Source: Naegleria gruberi
Lineage: Eukaryota
DNA length: 64,000 nucleotides
Direction: 5' to 3' (one strand)
Assembly: GCA_000004985.1 (NCBI GenBank)
Contig: GG738906.1
Below, piece by piece: positions 55,158 through 64,000 of this stretch. The number at the start of each line of letters is the position of its first letter. Position 1 is the stretch's first letter. Made by a program: the position numbers and the translations under genes. The notes under the pieces are model-generated. The model was not told where the DNA came from. It ran no database searches and saw nothing but the letters and a program-made list of their open reading frames with translations.

Positions 55158-56834
55158 TTATTGATGCATCATGGAATGTTTCTTTACAGTACAATCTGTT
55201 GAACCAGAGAATAAATGATACTTGGATTGACCATTTTGACTTTGTTCCTTGATTTGACCTTCAGATGGAGTAAAACCTTCAATAGACAAAACCTTATCTG
55301 TGGAAATAGTCTTTCTTTCAGGATTGACAGAGTGTGGAGTACTGTGGATTGGAATACCACTTCTAATATCCCACAATTTGACAACATTATCATCACCACC
55401 AGAAATAAATTGAAAATCGCTCACCCACTTGACCTTTCTAACCCAACCTCTGTGGGATCTAAAAAGAGAGGCCTTCTTTGAACCGCCTTGTCTGGCATCC
55501 CACATTCTAATCAAAAAGTCAGGATGAGAACTTAAAACAGTAGTACTTTCAGACTTTTCCCTAACAGATATCGAGGTGACAACCTTACTACCATTGAGTG
55601 TTATGGAATTGGTTCCTGTTGTAACATCCCAAACACGAATAGTGTGATCAGAACTTCCTGATACAATTCTACCTCCTTCTATCCAGCTAACACAATTGAT
55701 TCCAAGCAAGTGTCCATTTTGGTTTTCATTCTCATTTCTTTCCAATGTTCCAATGCAAGCATATTGTTGAATTTGAGATGGCATCTTTTTCTTCTTTTTT
55801 GATGGTTCCTTATAATCCTCATTATCATCATCTTTAGTTTGTACATGGTTATTTTCGTAGAAGAGGTTTTCCCTAGTTCTAGCCAAATCAACTTCCCACA
55901 ATTTAAGAGAACGATCTTCTGATGCAGTACAAATCATGGTTCCACGTGGATGCAAGCAAATATCATTAACGTTATCAGTGTGACCATTCAATAACATTTT
56001 CATTCTCATCTTTGAATCTGTTGGATTTGAAACCCAAACTCTACCAAATTCATCTTTACCACCACCTGCTATTATTATATCACCGGATGAGTATGTCTTA
56101 TCAGAATCACTTAAATGTTGGGATGTAACATAACAAGTTGCTAAGGATGTAATTGGTACCTTAGATTGCTTAGTTTGGTGAACAATTTTACCCAAAGAAG
56201 TATCAATAACTCTAACAACACCATCATAACATCCTGAAACTAAATATTGATTATCTTTTGAGTTGGAAGAAAGAATATCAGCTCCACTCGGATGTGTTAC
56301 TAATGAAAGTGCACTAACCCAATCATCATGAGGAATACTATCAACACACTTTGGTGCAGGTTGTGCTTCAATGTATTCTAATGTGATAGATGATTCTGGC
56401 CATATTTGAAGTTTAGTAAAAAACTTGGCAAGACTTGTTCTCAAGAAGATTTTCTTTCCTGGTTTATATTCAATCAAGAATTCAAATGGAACATGTTTAT
56501 GTTCATCATTTTCTTGAGCAATAAGTTGATTAATGACTTCCGACAAACCAAATCTAGTGAAATTTGATGGTACTTTAAAAGCATTTTCAGAAACTTTAAT
56601 TGGATATTGTTCAGTGGTAAATTTAACTTCCATTTCTGAAGGAAATTGGCTGAGTAAGAATATTGGTTTGTCATCGTCAGTTTTATCTAACATTTCTTTA
56701 ATGTTATTTTCTGTAGAATTTTGTTGTTCCATTCCATCTTGTTCTTGATCGGAGGAATCATCAAGGTCTGGTTTATTTACACTGGTTGGTTCTTGGTCGT
56801 CATCGCTACTGTCCCAAAAATCGTTGTTGCTCAT
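55158..56834 (-). CDS. WDR12: Ribosome biogenesis WD40 protein WDR12/Ytm1
   Basis: The N-terminus has an NLE/ubiquitin-like domain (IKVSENAFKVPSNFTRFGLSEVINQLI...FEFLIEYKPGKKIFLRTSLAKFF...EYIEAQPAP). Seven WD repeats follow. The stop lies 7 bp from the PRP16 stop on the opposite strand. Confidence 0.8.
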   Translation of the reverse strand: MSNNDFWDSSDDDQEPTSVNKPDLDDSSDQEQDGMEQQNSTENNIKEMLDKTDDDKPIFLLSQFPSEMEVKFTTEQYPIKVSENAFKVPSNFTRFGLSEVINQLIAQENDEHKHVPFEFLIEYKPGKKIFLRTSLAKFFTKLQIWPESSITLEYIEAQPAPKCVDSIPHDDWVSALSLVTHPSGADILSSNSKDNQYLVSGCYDGVVRVIDTSLGKIVHQTKQSKVPITSLATCYVTSQHLSDSDKTYSSGDIIIAGGGKDEFGRVWVSNPTDSKMRMKMLLNGHTDNVNDICLHPRGTMICTASEDRSLKLWEVDLARTRENLFYENNHVQTKDDDNEDYKEPSKKKKKMPSQIQQYACIGTLERNENENQNGHLLGINCVSWIEGGRIVSGSSDHTIRVWDVTTGTNSITLNGSKVVTSISVREKSESTTVLSSHPDFLIRMWDARQGGSKKASLFRSHRGWVRKVKWVSDFQFISGGDDNVVKLWDIRSGIPIHSTPHSVNPERKTISTDKVLSIEGFTPSEGQIKEQSQNGQSKYHLFSGSTDCTVKKHSMMHQ

Positions 56835-57058
56835 TTTTTTTTCTTCATTCCTTCATATTTTTTGTGGATTGTCTTTTTTTAAATTCAAATAGTTTCGATT
56901 GCAAAGTAATATTTAATTCTTTGCATTATGACGGTCTAGTAGTAATACAGTTTGATAATAATACTAATTGGTATTACAAAAAGAGAAAGTAAAACACTCA
57001 CTAATAATTTTAAAAAATTGAGTCCAAAAATAACCAGCGAACAACACTTCGGAATTAA

Positions 57059-59809
57059 ATGATCACAAAACAATCAACAAACCAACAAGCGCCAAGAAGA
57101 AGAACAAGAGCTACGTTGGCCATCAAATCTGTTGATTTTAACAAATTGTGGATATCTTTGGAATACGACTTGGCACAAGTTTTAACTGACCCTTTAAATG
57201 CCACACTTAAGAATGACACGGAAAAATTACATAATATTGTTTACAAGTTGAGTACTGGGCAATGTTTTAATTTGCCAGATGGTAGTATTCTCTCCCAAAA
57301 TCCACACTCACCATCAATACCACAAGATGGAGATATTCAGCCATACACTCTGTATTTCATGTTGAAAAGATTAATTTCCAATCACTTAAAATTGTTCATT
57401 TCAAAATTGAACAACTTGACTGGAATTCCTCTCTTGAAACAATATTTTACGTTATGGAATAATTATTTAATCGCTTGCGATTTTATAATGAAGGTTTTTC
57501 ATTACCTGAATTCAGATTGGATTACAGAACAGGAGATTAAGAGAAAATCAAAAGCTAATCAACCAGAAAAATATACAGAAAGATCTGCAAATCAAATAGT
57601 CCATTTCAGTGAGAGTAATCATGTATGCAACACTAAACTGACATGCTTACTATTATGGAGGGAATGGTTTTTTGAAAGATGTGAAAATTTATCAAAACCC
57701 CTAGGTTATCAAGAGGCTGATTCTCCACTAATTGAAGAAAAGGAAGTAACTTTTGATAAGTTTGGATTTTATGATGTAATAATGAAAATAATAGAAATGG
57801 ATAGGAATTACAATAATCCATATTTAAAGAATTCATTTTGTGTGGAGGAATTTTATCCTATTTTAAAAAGTGTAATTGGTTCTCTGCTTTATTTAAGTTT
57901 GGACTCGGAAGAGGATTTTTATTTCTCTGTAAAATACAAATACTATCCATCAATGAATTTATTCGAATCTCTCAACGTTCACATTGAGGATTATTATTCA
58001 AAAATTTTAGATCAAACCATGACATGGAAATATCCTATTTTTTACCTCTATGATTTTGAAAGAATATTTCTGGAGACTTCTAAAAGGTATTATTGTGCTG
58101 AAATTGATTCGCTCCTTATTACATACCTATCAGGAGAAAATCATCATGATTCTGTAAGAAAATACATTCAACATGTATCAGCAAGATTGGATCAAGAAAC
58201 TAATAAGAATATTCTTCATTATTTACCACAAATTACAAGGGATAATATTCAAAAGATTATGTGTGACCTATTTATTGAGGGTATCAAGGAAAATATGTCA
58301 TCATTGAATTTTATCTTGTCAGACATAGAGGCTTGGATCAATGAACCAGAGGTATACAAGGATAATTTAGAGCTTTTATACAAAGTAATAACGAAATCAA
58401 ATAGAAAAATAGCTCTTAATGAGCTTGGAACAAGAATTAGAAATAGAATACTTTTTTCTTTAAATTCCGATATGAGAAAGGTAAAAATGATTTCACAAGA
58501 CACATATGATCCAATTCAGTTCATTGATGTAATCATTGATAATTATAATATATTTAGCTCTATAATAAGGCAATACTTTTCAAATAATTACGAGTTGAAT
58601 ATTTGTAAAGATAAGACATTTAAGGAGTTTTTCAATAATGCACCGATATTCACTTCAGATCCCAATATGAAGTGTGCTGAATATCTTTCCAGATATATCA
58701 ACCATCTTCTTAAAGGTTCTAGTAGACCTACACTAAATTGCTATTCAGATAATTTGGATATTGAATCGAGAATGGATTATGCTGTTTATTTGTGCAGATT
58801 GTTAAATGATGTCGATGTTTTCATTCAATATTATAAGGTTTTACTCGCTAAACGATTGTTAATTTTTAAATATGAAGGTGAAGCAACACAAGAAGAGCTG
58901 GAGTATACAATGATAACTAAACTGAAAAAAGTGTGTACCTTTGGCCACATTTACAAAATCCAAACCATGTTGAATGATTTAAATAATGCAAAATCATTAG
59001 CCGAGCGATTTACAAAGTGGAATGAAAATGGAGAGGCAAGAATACAATTCACTGCTAAAGTACTTACGAAAGGGTATTGGCCTCTGAATAATTCATCACT
59101 CATTACACCAAGTAATGCTTTTTGTATTCCCACAACAATTAGTGAGAGAATGAATTCATTCACAGAGTATTATTCAAAACTCTATAATGGAAGACATTTA
59201 ACCTGGTTGAATATTCTTTCAAAAGGTGTTGTAAGAGGTCATTTCACAAACTCTTCAATGCCTTACTATGATATTACTGTTTCCCTTATTCAATTATCTA
59301 TTTTTTTACAATTTAATAATGGAGAAAATTCTAAAACAATACAAGATTTGAGTCTGGCAGTTGGTATTCCAATAGAAGAGTTGATCCAAACTCTTGTTCC
59401 TATTATTAATTTTAAAATATTTACCTCTTCTTCTGCTATTACCAGTTTAGATCAAAGCAGTATCATAACAATCAATGACAGTTTTAACTATCAAAGAAAT
59501 AAGATTTCTCTTTTCCAACACTCAATCAAGCAATACTATGAAGAGGGAAAATCCAATCCAGCCAACCAAAAAATTCTAGCACAAATCAAGGAGGATAGAA
59601 AATATACACTACAGGCTGCAATAGTGCGTATTCTAAAAACTAGAAAACAAATTGAACACAAACAATTGGTGAATCTATTGCTTGCTCAACTCTCTTCAAA
59701 CTTTAAACCAACAAATAGTGATATTAAGAGAGCTATTGATTCTCTCCTCCAACAAGAATACATCAAAAGAGTCAGTGAGGATTCGAGTTGGTATCAATAT
59801 ATTGCCTAA
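57059..59809 (+). CDS. Cullin-family protein (divergent; subtype not assignable)
   Basis: The ORF is 916 aa. The C-terminus has a cullin neddylation domain with the conserved neddylation lysine (AAIVRILKTRKQIEHKQLVNLLLAQLSSNFKPTNSDIKRAIDSLLQQEYIKRV...YQYIA). A cullin homology region lies upstream. Confidence 0.75.
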   Translation: MITKQSTNQQAPRRRTRATLAIKSVDFNKLWISLEYDLAQVLTDPLNATLKNDTEKLHNIVYKLSTGQCFNLPDGSILSQNPHSPSIPQDGDIQPYTLYFMLKRLISNHLKLFISKLNNLTGIPLLKQYFTLWNNYLIACDFIMKVFHYLNSDWITEQEIKRKSKANQPEKYTERSANQIVHFSESNHVCNTKLTCLLLWREWFFERCENLSKPLGYQEADSPLIEEKEVTFDKFGFYDVIMKIIEMDRNYNNPYLKNSFCVEEFYPILKSVIGSLLYLSLDSEEDFYFSVKYKYYPSMNLFESLNVHIEDYYSKILDQTMTWKYPIFYLYDFERIFLETSKRYYCAEIDSLLITYLSGENHHDSVRKYIQHVSARLDQETNKNILHYLPQITRDNIQKIMCDLFIEGIKENMSSLNFILSDIEAWINEPEVYKDNLELLYKVITKSNRKIALNELGTRIRNRILFSLNSDMRKVKMISQDTYDPIQFIDVIIDNYNIFSSIIRQYFSNNYELNICKDKTFKEFFNNAPIFTSDPNMKCAEYLSRYINHLLKGSSRPTLNCYSDNLDIESRMDYAVYLCRLLNDVDVFIQYYKVLLAKRLLIFKYEGEATQEELEYTMITKLKKVCTFGHIYKIQTMLNDLNNAKSLAERFTKWNENGEARIQFTAKVLTKGYWPLNNSSLITPSNAFCIPTTISERMNSFTEYYSKLYNGRHLTWLNILSKGVVRGHFTNSSMPYYDITVSLIQLSIFLQFNNGENSKTIQDLSLAVGIPIEELIQTLVPIINFKIFTSSSAITSLDQSSIITINDSFNYQRNKISLFQHSIKQYYEEGKSNPANQKILAQIKEDRKYTLQAAIVRILKTRKQIEHKQLVNLLLAQLSSNFKPTNSDIKRAIDSLLQQEYIKRVSEDSSWYQYIA

Positions 59810-59909
59810 CAAATTGATTTTTTGTCCTACATTATTATTAATCAAACTTAACTTGTTCAAATAAAAACGAAATTCAAAAATATTTTGATATTATTTTTTA
59901 ATTAAAAAA

Positions 59910-60671
59910 ATGCAAGTTTATTCGGAGAAGGTAAATCATGCTGTTCTGCCTGGTGATGTAATTGGTTCACTCGATGAAAAACTAGCATCAACTCTTCAAC
60001 AATCATCAATAGTAAAAATCGGACATGGTTTATTACAATTAGAAAGTAATATTATTGCCACTAAAGCTGGTTTATTAAGATTTATACCACCAAACAGATA
60101 CTTTGTAGAAAATAATCAACACCGTTATGTACCTATGGTTGGAGATATGGTAATTGGTGTTGTTAAAGATAAAGTACCTGTTGAACAATATAGCGTGGAT
60201 ATATTTGCTCATCAAGGATTGGCATTGTTGCCATTCATCGGATTTGATGGTGCTACAAGAAGAAATAGACCAGACTTGGGACCAGGATCACTCGTTTATG
60301 GACGTGTCACACTGGCTAACAAGGATTTAGATTTAGAAATTACTTGTGAAAGTTCTCCTGGAATGAAAAAAAAGGATTGGAGTACAGGAAAGTCAGTTTT
60401 TGGTGAACTCAAAGGAGGATATGTGACTGAATGTTCTTTGGGAATGGCAAGAAAATTACTTGATCCAAATTGTTACTTACTCAAGTTGCTCAGTGAACAT
60501 GTTAGCTTTGAAATCGCTATAGGTCTGAATGGAAGAGTATGGATAAACTCTGAAGCACCAAATGATATTGTTCTAATTTGTAATGCTATTCAAAATTCGG
60601 AACATTTAACACAAGATCAAGTCCAACAAATGTTAACATTCCTCTTCAAATCAAAGAAAAAGACAAAATAG
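59910..60671 (+). CDS. EXOSC3: Exosome complex component RRP40/EXOSC3
   Basis: The ORF is 253 aa. The sequence YVPMVGDMVIGVV...SVDIFAHQGLALLPFIGFDGATRRNRPDLGPGSLVYGRVTLANKD...LGMARKLLDPNCYLLKLL...EIAIGLNGRVWIN aligns with human EXOSC3 (YVPCERGDVVIGIV...[33 protein letters not shown]...LGLIRKLLAPDCEII...EIVFGMNGRIWVK). This covers both the S1 and KH domains. Confidence 0.85.
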   Translation: MQVYSEKVNHAVLPGDVIGSLDEKLASTLQQSSIVKIGHGLLQLESNIIATKAGLLRFIPPNRYFVENNQHRYVPMVGDMVIGVVKDKVPVEQYSVDIFAHQGLALLPFIGFDGATRRNRPDLGPGSLVYGRVTLANKDLDLEITCESSPGMKKKDWSTGKSVFGELKGGYVTECSLGMARKLLDPNCYLLKLLSEHVSFEIAIGLNGRVWINSEAPNDIVLICNAIQNSEHLTQDQVQQMLTFLFKSKKKTK

Positions 60672-60809
60672 TTGAGATTTTGATGAAAAAAGTAACTTGG
60701 CGAGCAAAAAGAGGTGAAAAGTTTCCTTACAATAGGAATCGAATCACCACACAAGAATCCTCTAATTTATTATTACTGATTATTGATCGAAATAAAATCT
60801 ATTCCAAAA

Positions 60810-62681
60810 TTAATTAAACAGAAACAATTGTAATAAGGGAATAACTTGAATTACAGTAAAATCTGAGAAAATATCAAAAATCTCTTGCCTGGATGTAACT
60901 TTTAGCAGATATTTAGATCTGAAGAGGAATATCGAAACAGCCAACACAGGTATTATGTACAAATTGGAGAAACCAATTATTCTATCCCAGAGCAGTAATA
61001 ATTGATCTACAGCAAGAAATCCAGAAAAAGCGTGGAAAATCCAATTAAATGCAATGTCGAGAGGTTGAATTTTTAAATGGAGCAAGTGGTAGAATAACTG
61101 TGGATCTTTGTCTTGTAGAAGGTCCTCAAAGAGTCTACATAGTGAAATCAGTCCTTCAGGTCTTGATGAAATAGTATTTAGTTTACAAAATAACCTTGTG
61201 TACAGATTTCGCCACAAAAAGAATGCCTCTTTTGTATCATTTGTCAAGTAGCATATTGGGGCAGCTAGAGTGGATAAACCCTCAAATGGAATCACTCCAC
61301 TTGGAGGATAAACTTCACAACTATCCACAAGTGTAATCTCATCCACTCCATTAACAAATTTTGGAGGGTGTTCCATATTTTCTGCTACTTGTGGATCTCT
61401 TGAAAATACAATCATCATTTCATCAATAACATCCTCAAAAACGAAAAAATTCTCATCATCCACAGTTTTTTTTACATCATTGTGTACCATATGATCAATT
61501 AAAAATTCCCGTCTCCTCACATCTTTTTTGAGTAATTCAAAATAACTTATATCATTTTCGTCCATATTAACTTCAAGTATTTTACCCCATATCTTAGCTC
61601 TCATTGAGGTTGGAACCCCTTTTTTTGCAATTTCATACACCATCCTCAAGTTTTTTTGAGACTTTTTTGATTTTTCCAATACCTCCCTAGAAAACTTTTC
61701 ATCCACAATATCATCGAGACCAACTTGAAAGTTCTCTGGATCTAGCTCTTTAAATATACTTTGTAACTCTTTGATTGTGGGTGTTCTAACTTCAAGTTTG
61801 ATTTGTCCCCAACCTGCATTTGTAAGTAATTCGCTTGAATTGGGATTTGTAATACTTGTACACATTTCCATCAATTTTTTGCTATCAAAAACTCCAGTGT
61901 ATCTTGGTTTTACAGTTAATGATGATAATAGAGGGGAATCAGAGTCGTCTATTTCTTCTGGTTTTTTTGTTGTAATTTTCATTCCTGATAATTCATCAAG
62001 AATTTCAGAAATATTACTTATAGGACCCTTCACTTTTTCTCTTCTTGGTTTAATAAAACACAAACCAACTTGGGAGGAAATTGTAACAAGTTGATCTTTT
62101 AAAAAGTTAGCCCATGAGCTTCTTGCCTCTTGAACAATAGATAACTTTTCTTCCTCATATGGAAGAGGTGGAAGTACAAGACCTGTATCTTCATCTTCTG
62201 TTCCTTCAGTTGACGGCACATGCTTTTGTCTAAGTCTGGTATTTCTAGAAGCCTCCATATTTAATTTAAAGATCTCATTATCTAACTCTATATCCCACTC
62301 CTCTTGTTCCAATATTTGATTAACAACATTTTTCTCTCCTTTTGATTTAGTGGGAGTAAAACTTGGGGGTAAAGAGGTTGGAGAAAGGAACTGAAATAAA
62401 TTGCTCCTCACGTCATCAAGAGAATATTTTGATTTTGCAATTTCCGATTTTACTTTTCGTTTAAAGGTCCAATAGAGATGATCGGATTTCAGAGCTTGTT
62501 GTATTATTTTAGCTCGTTCTTGAAGGGAACTATTGAGACTAGCTGCAAATTATTCAGAACAATACAATTAACTTCTCAATGACTTACGGTATCTTATTGG
62601 ATTTATTGAGGCAGGTTCTCTTTCATCTCTGTATCCTGCTAAAATATCAGATGATGTTGTTGATTCTGTTACGGTGGACAT
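60810..62681 (-). CDS. TBC (Rab-GAP) domain protein, possibly non-catalytic. Two exons, complement(join(60810..62542,62588..62681)).
   Basis: Exon 1 (MSTVTESTTSSDILAGYRDEREPASINPIRY) is joined by a 45-nt GTAAGT...TTTGCAG intron. A TBC-like core follows (SMRAKIWGKILEVNMDENDISYFELLKK...). The canonical IxxDxxR and YxQ fingers are not evident. Confidence 0.5.
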
Positions 62682-62728
62682 TAAACGAGGTTAAATAAAC
62701 ATTATTTTTTTTGTATTGATTGGTATTA

Positions 62729-62737
62729 TTTCCCGCC
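62729..62737. promoter_or_regulatory. E2F-like TTTCCCGCC about 50 bp upstream of the TBC-gene ATG
   Basis: The motif is the reverse complement of GGCGGGAAA. Confidence 0.35.
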
Positions 62738-62943
62738 AGTTTTGTTTCAAGCATAATGGAACAATCAATCACAAATATTATTCACCACAATATTCCAACC
62801 CACTAAACGACGAAAAAGCTTGAGTACGGCTGATTATCTAAATAAAGAACCGTAGTGACGTCAACTGTAGTGGTAATTTTTCAATTCAAACACGTACCTT
62901 CCACATCAACAATAAGAAGTACCAACATTGAGTAAAATTTGTT

Positions 62944-63545
62944 TTATTTTGATTTATTCTTCTTTGTTCTCTTATTTGCAGTGTTGTTCAGTTCCTGAGT
63001 GCTTTCCTGCTTTCTCTTTTGTTCTTGACGGATTTTCTTCTTGGCCAGTCTTTGTCTTCGTTCGGCTGCCNNNNNNNNNNNNNNNNNNNNNNNNNNNNNN
63101 NNNNNNNNNNNNNNNNNNNNATCTTTGACCATAATCCCGTATAAATCGTCCTTTTTGTTTTTTCCGACTCCTTCATCCTTAACCTGTAGGCTTGCAAAAA
63201 CAATTGCTCCAACTCCACAACCAACTCCTCCTGCAGAATGCTTTTAAAAAAAGCAACATCAACATCGCCAACATCATTGCAAATGATCACGTTGTTGTCA
63301 TATAGGTCTTCTTTGTATTCACCATTGGTGTACAACACCTTTGCCTTTTCTAGGTTTTGTGTGTTAACTTTTGAATTATCCTCAAATAACTTTCGTAGTT
63401 TTTTAAAAATGTTGTGTTGTCTGGTGTATAGGTTTGTTTTTTGAGTCGGGTGGTAGTATATGGTGTCTTTTGGAATCTTCTTGGCCCTGGCTTGTGCTTC
63501 ACGTGGCATTTTTTGAGACTTGGCTGTGAAGGACAAGGCACACAC
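62944..63545 (-). CDS. Small basic K/R-rich protein (nucleolar/ribosome-biogenesis-like?) interrupted by the assembly gap
   Basis: The ORF reads MPREAQARAKKIPKDTIYYHP...LQAYRLRMKESEKTKRTIYTGLWSK, then the N-gap, then ...AAERRQRLAKKKIRQEQKRKQESTQELNNTANKRTKKNKSK. The family is unknown and the model is incomplete. Confidence 0.3.
63071..63120. other. Assembly gap (50 N)
   Basis: A literal run of n characters. Confidence 1.
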
Positions 63546-63797
63546 CTACAGTAGGCTTTCTCTCAACTCCCGTTGTATTCTTGTTGTTCAAACATCCAAC
63601 CCTCGAGTTCTTCTTCGTTTACCCCCTTGGGACACGAAGCCTGACCAAGGGTTAGTCCCACCACTTCGTGAAGTGGTGAGAATGGAAAACTACTGAACCA
63701 AGAGTTGGATGTGTGTGTGTTGTTGGTGAATGTCATGGAGTTAATTTTTTTAATTTGAAATTTAATTATAAATTTAATTGTATTGTTGATGGCAGGA

Positions 63798-64000
63798 ATG
63801 AATTCTTATCATCAATAATCATCAGAGGCATTGAGGGTTTCGTTGACAATGCAGTGGTTGGCTATTGAATGATTCAAGTGATTGCCTTCGGTTCCAGTAT
63901 TGGTAATCATGTACTTGTTGTTGTTGTACATTACTTGAACTCTTGTTGAACAGTTAATGCCATCACAGCAGTGATCTGCAATACAACCCTTGGGAAGTAA
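63798..64000 (-). CDS. 3' end of a gene running off the window, for a Cys-containing N-glycosite-rich protein (partial)
   Basis: The minus-strand ORF reads ...LPKGCIADHCCDGINCSTRVQVMYNNNKYMITNTGTEGNHLNHSIANHCIVNETLNASDDY* and is truncated by the window edge. Confidence 0.2.

Noticed and set aside
1318-56748. Numerous 60-120-aa ORFs nested inside or antisense to the large genes, for example 1318..1644, 2496..2774, 8882..9235, 10439..10750, 18137..18415, 26598..27035 and 55215..55481
   Set aside because: They overlap well-supported, homology-backed CDSs on the other strand or in another frame. They are low-complexity and expected by chance in AT-rich sequence.
49535-60671. Apparent clustering of RNA-processing genes (DDX55-like, PRP16, WDR12, RRP40 and nearby INTS7)
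   Set aside because: These are abundant housekeeping classes in a very gene-dense genome. The co-location is most likely coincidental and not an operon-like unit. Strand orientations are mixed.
63071-63120. The run of 50 N
   Set aside because: It is an assembly gap, not biology. It interrupts the small basic-protein gene at 62944..63545.
1-64000. Prokaryotic-style systems (CRISPR arrays, defence islands, operons, integrons)
   Set aside because: The sequence is eukaryotic, with spliceosomal introns and eukaryote-only genes. I saw no direct-repeat/spacer array or phage/IS-like gene set on my read-through.
1-64000. tRNA or rRNA genes
   Set aside because: I scanned for T-loop (GGTTCGANTCC) and D-loop (AGTGGT) blocks and rDNA-like GC-rich conserved stretches. 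Nothing forms a cloverleaf. The few partial matches lie inside coding sequence.

Overview
This 64-kb window is eukaryotic nuclear DNA, not prokaryotic. It is AT-rich (roughly one-third GC by eye) and extremely gene-dense, with about 35 protein-coding genes on both strands. Intergenic spacers are usually under 400 bp, and several convergent gene pairs abut or overlap by a few bases. Genes carry short spliceosomal introns, typically 36-57 nt (one of 145 nt), with GTAAGT/GTAGGT donors, AG acceptors and some CTAAC-like branch sites. Stops are standard and mostly TAA.

Recognisable products include:
- RABL2, a ciliary small GTPase.
- A CEP290 homolog.
- A GATOR2 WDR59-like protein.
- A fungal-type Zn2Cys6 transcription factor.
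- Core machinery: cysteinyl-tRNA synthetase, DNA primase small subunit, eIF2B-delta, ribonucleotide reductase R2, TRM61, INTS7, a DDX55/Spb4-like helicase, PRP16/DHX38, WDR12/Ytm1, a cullin and RRP40/EXOSC3.
- A Q-SNARE, a TBC/RabGAP protein and twin-Cx9C (CHCH) proteins.
- Several S/T/N/Q-rich low-complexity proteins.

Cilium genes, a Zn2Cys6 factor, E2F-like promoter motifs, mitochondrial intermembrane-space proteins and fungal-style introns together suggest a flagellated, compact-genome lower eukaryote. An early-diverging zoosporic fungus or a related protist is most likely, but the taxon cannot be fixed from sequence alone. No CRISPR array, rRNA or tRNA was found, and there is one 50-nt N-gap.

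The main things worth a second look:
- A secreted protein with two tandem GDPH/VWD-like domains and a ~430-aa polybasic tail.
- A degenerate ~100-bp copy of a coding fragment from a gene 11 kb away, lying just downstream of that gene's 3' end.
- A hemerythrin-like pseudogene with three single-nucleotide frameshifts.
- Recurrent E2F-type GGCGGGA(A) motifs immediately upstream of start codons, including those of the ciliary genes.
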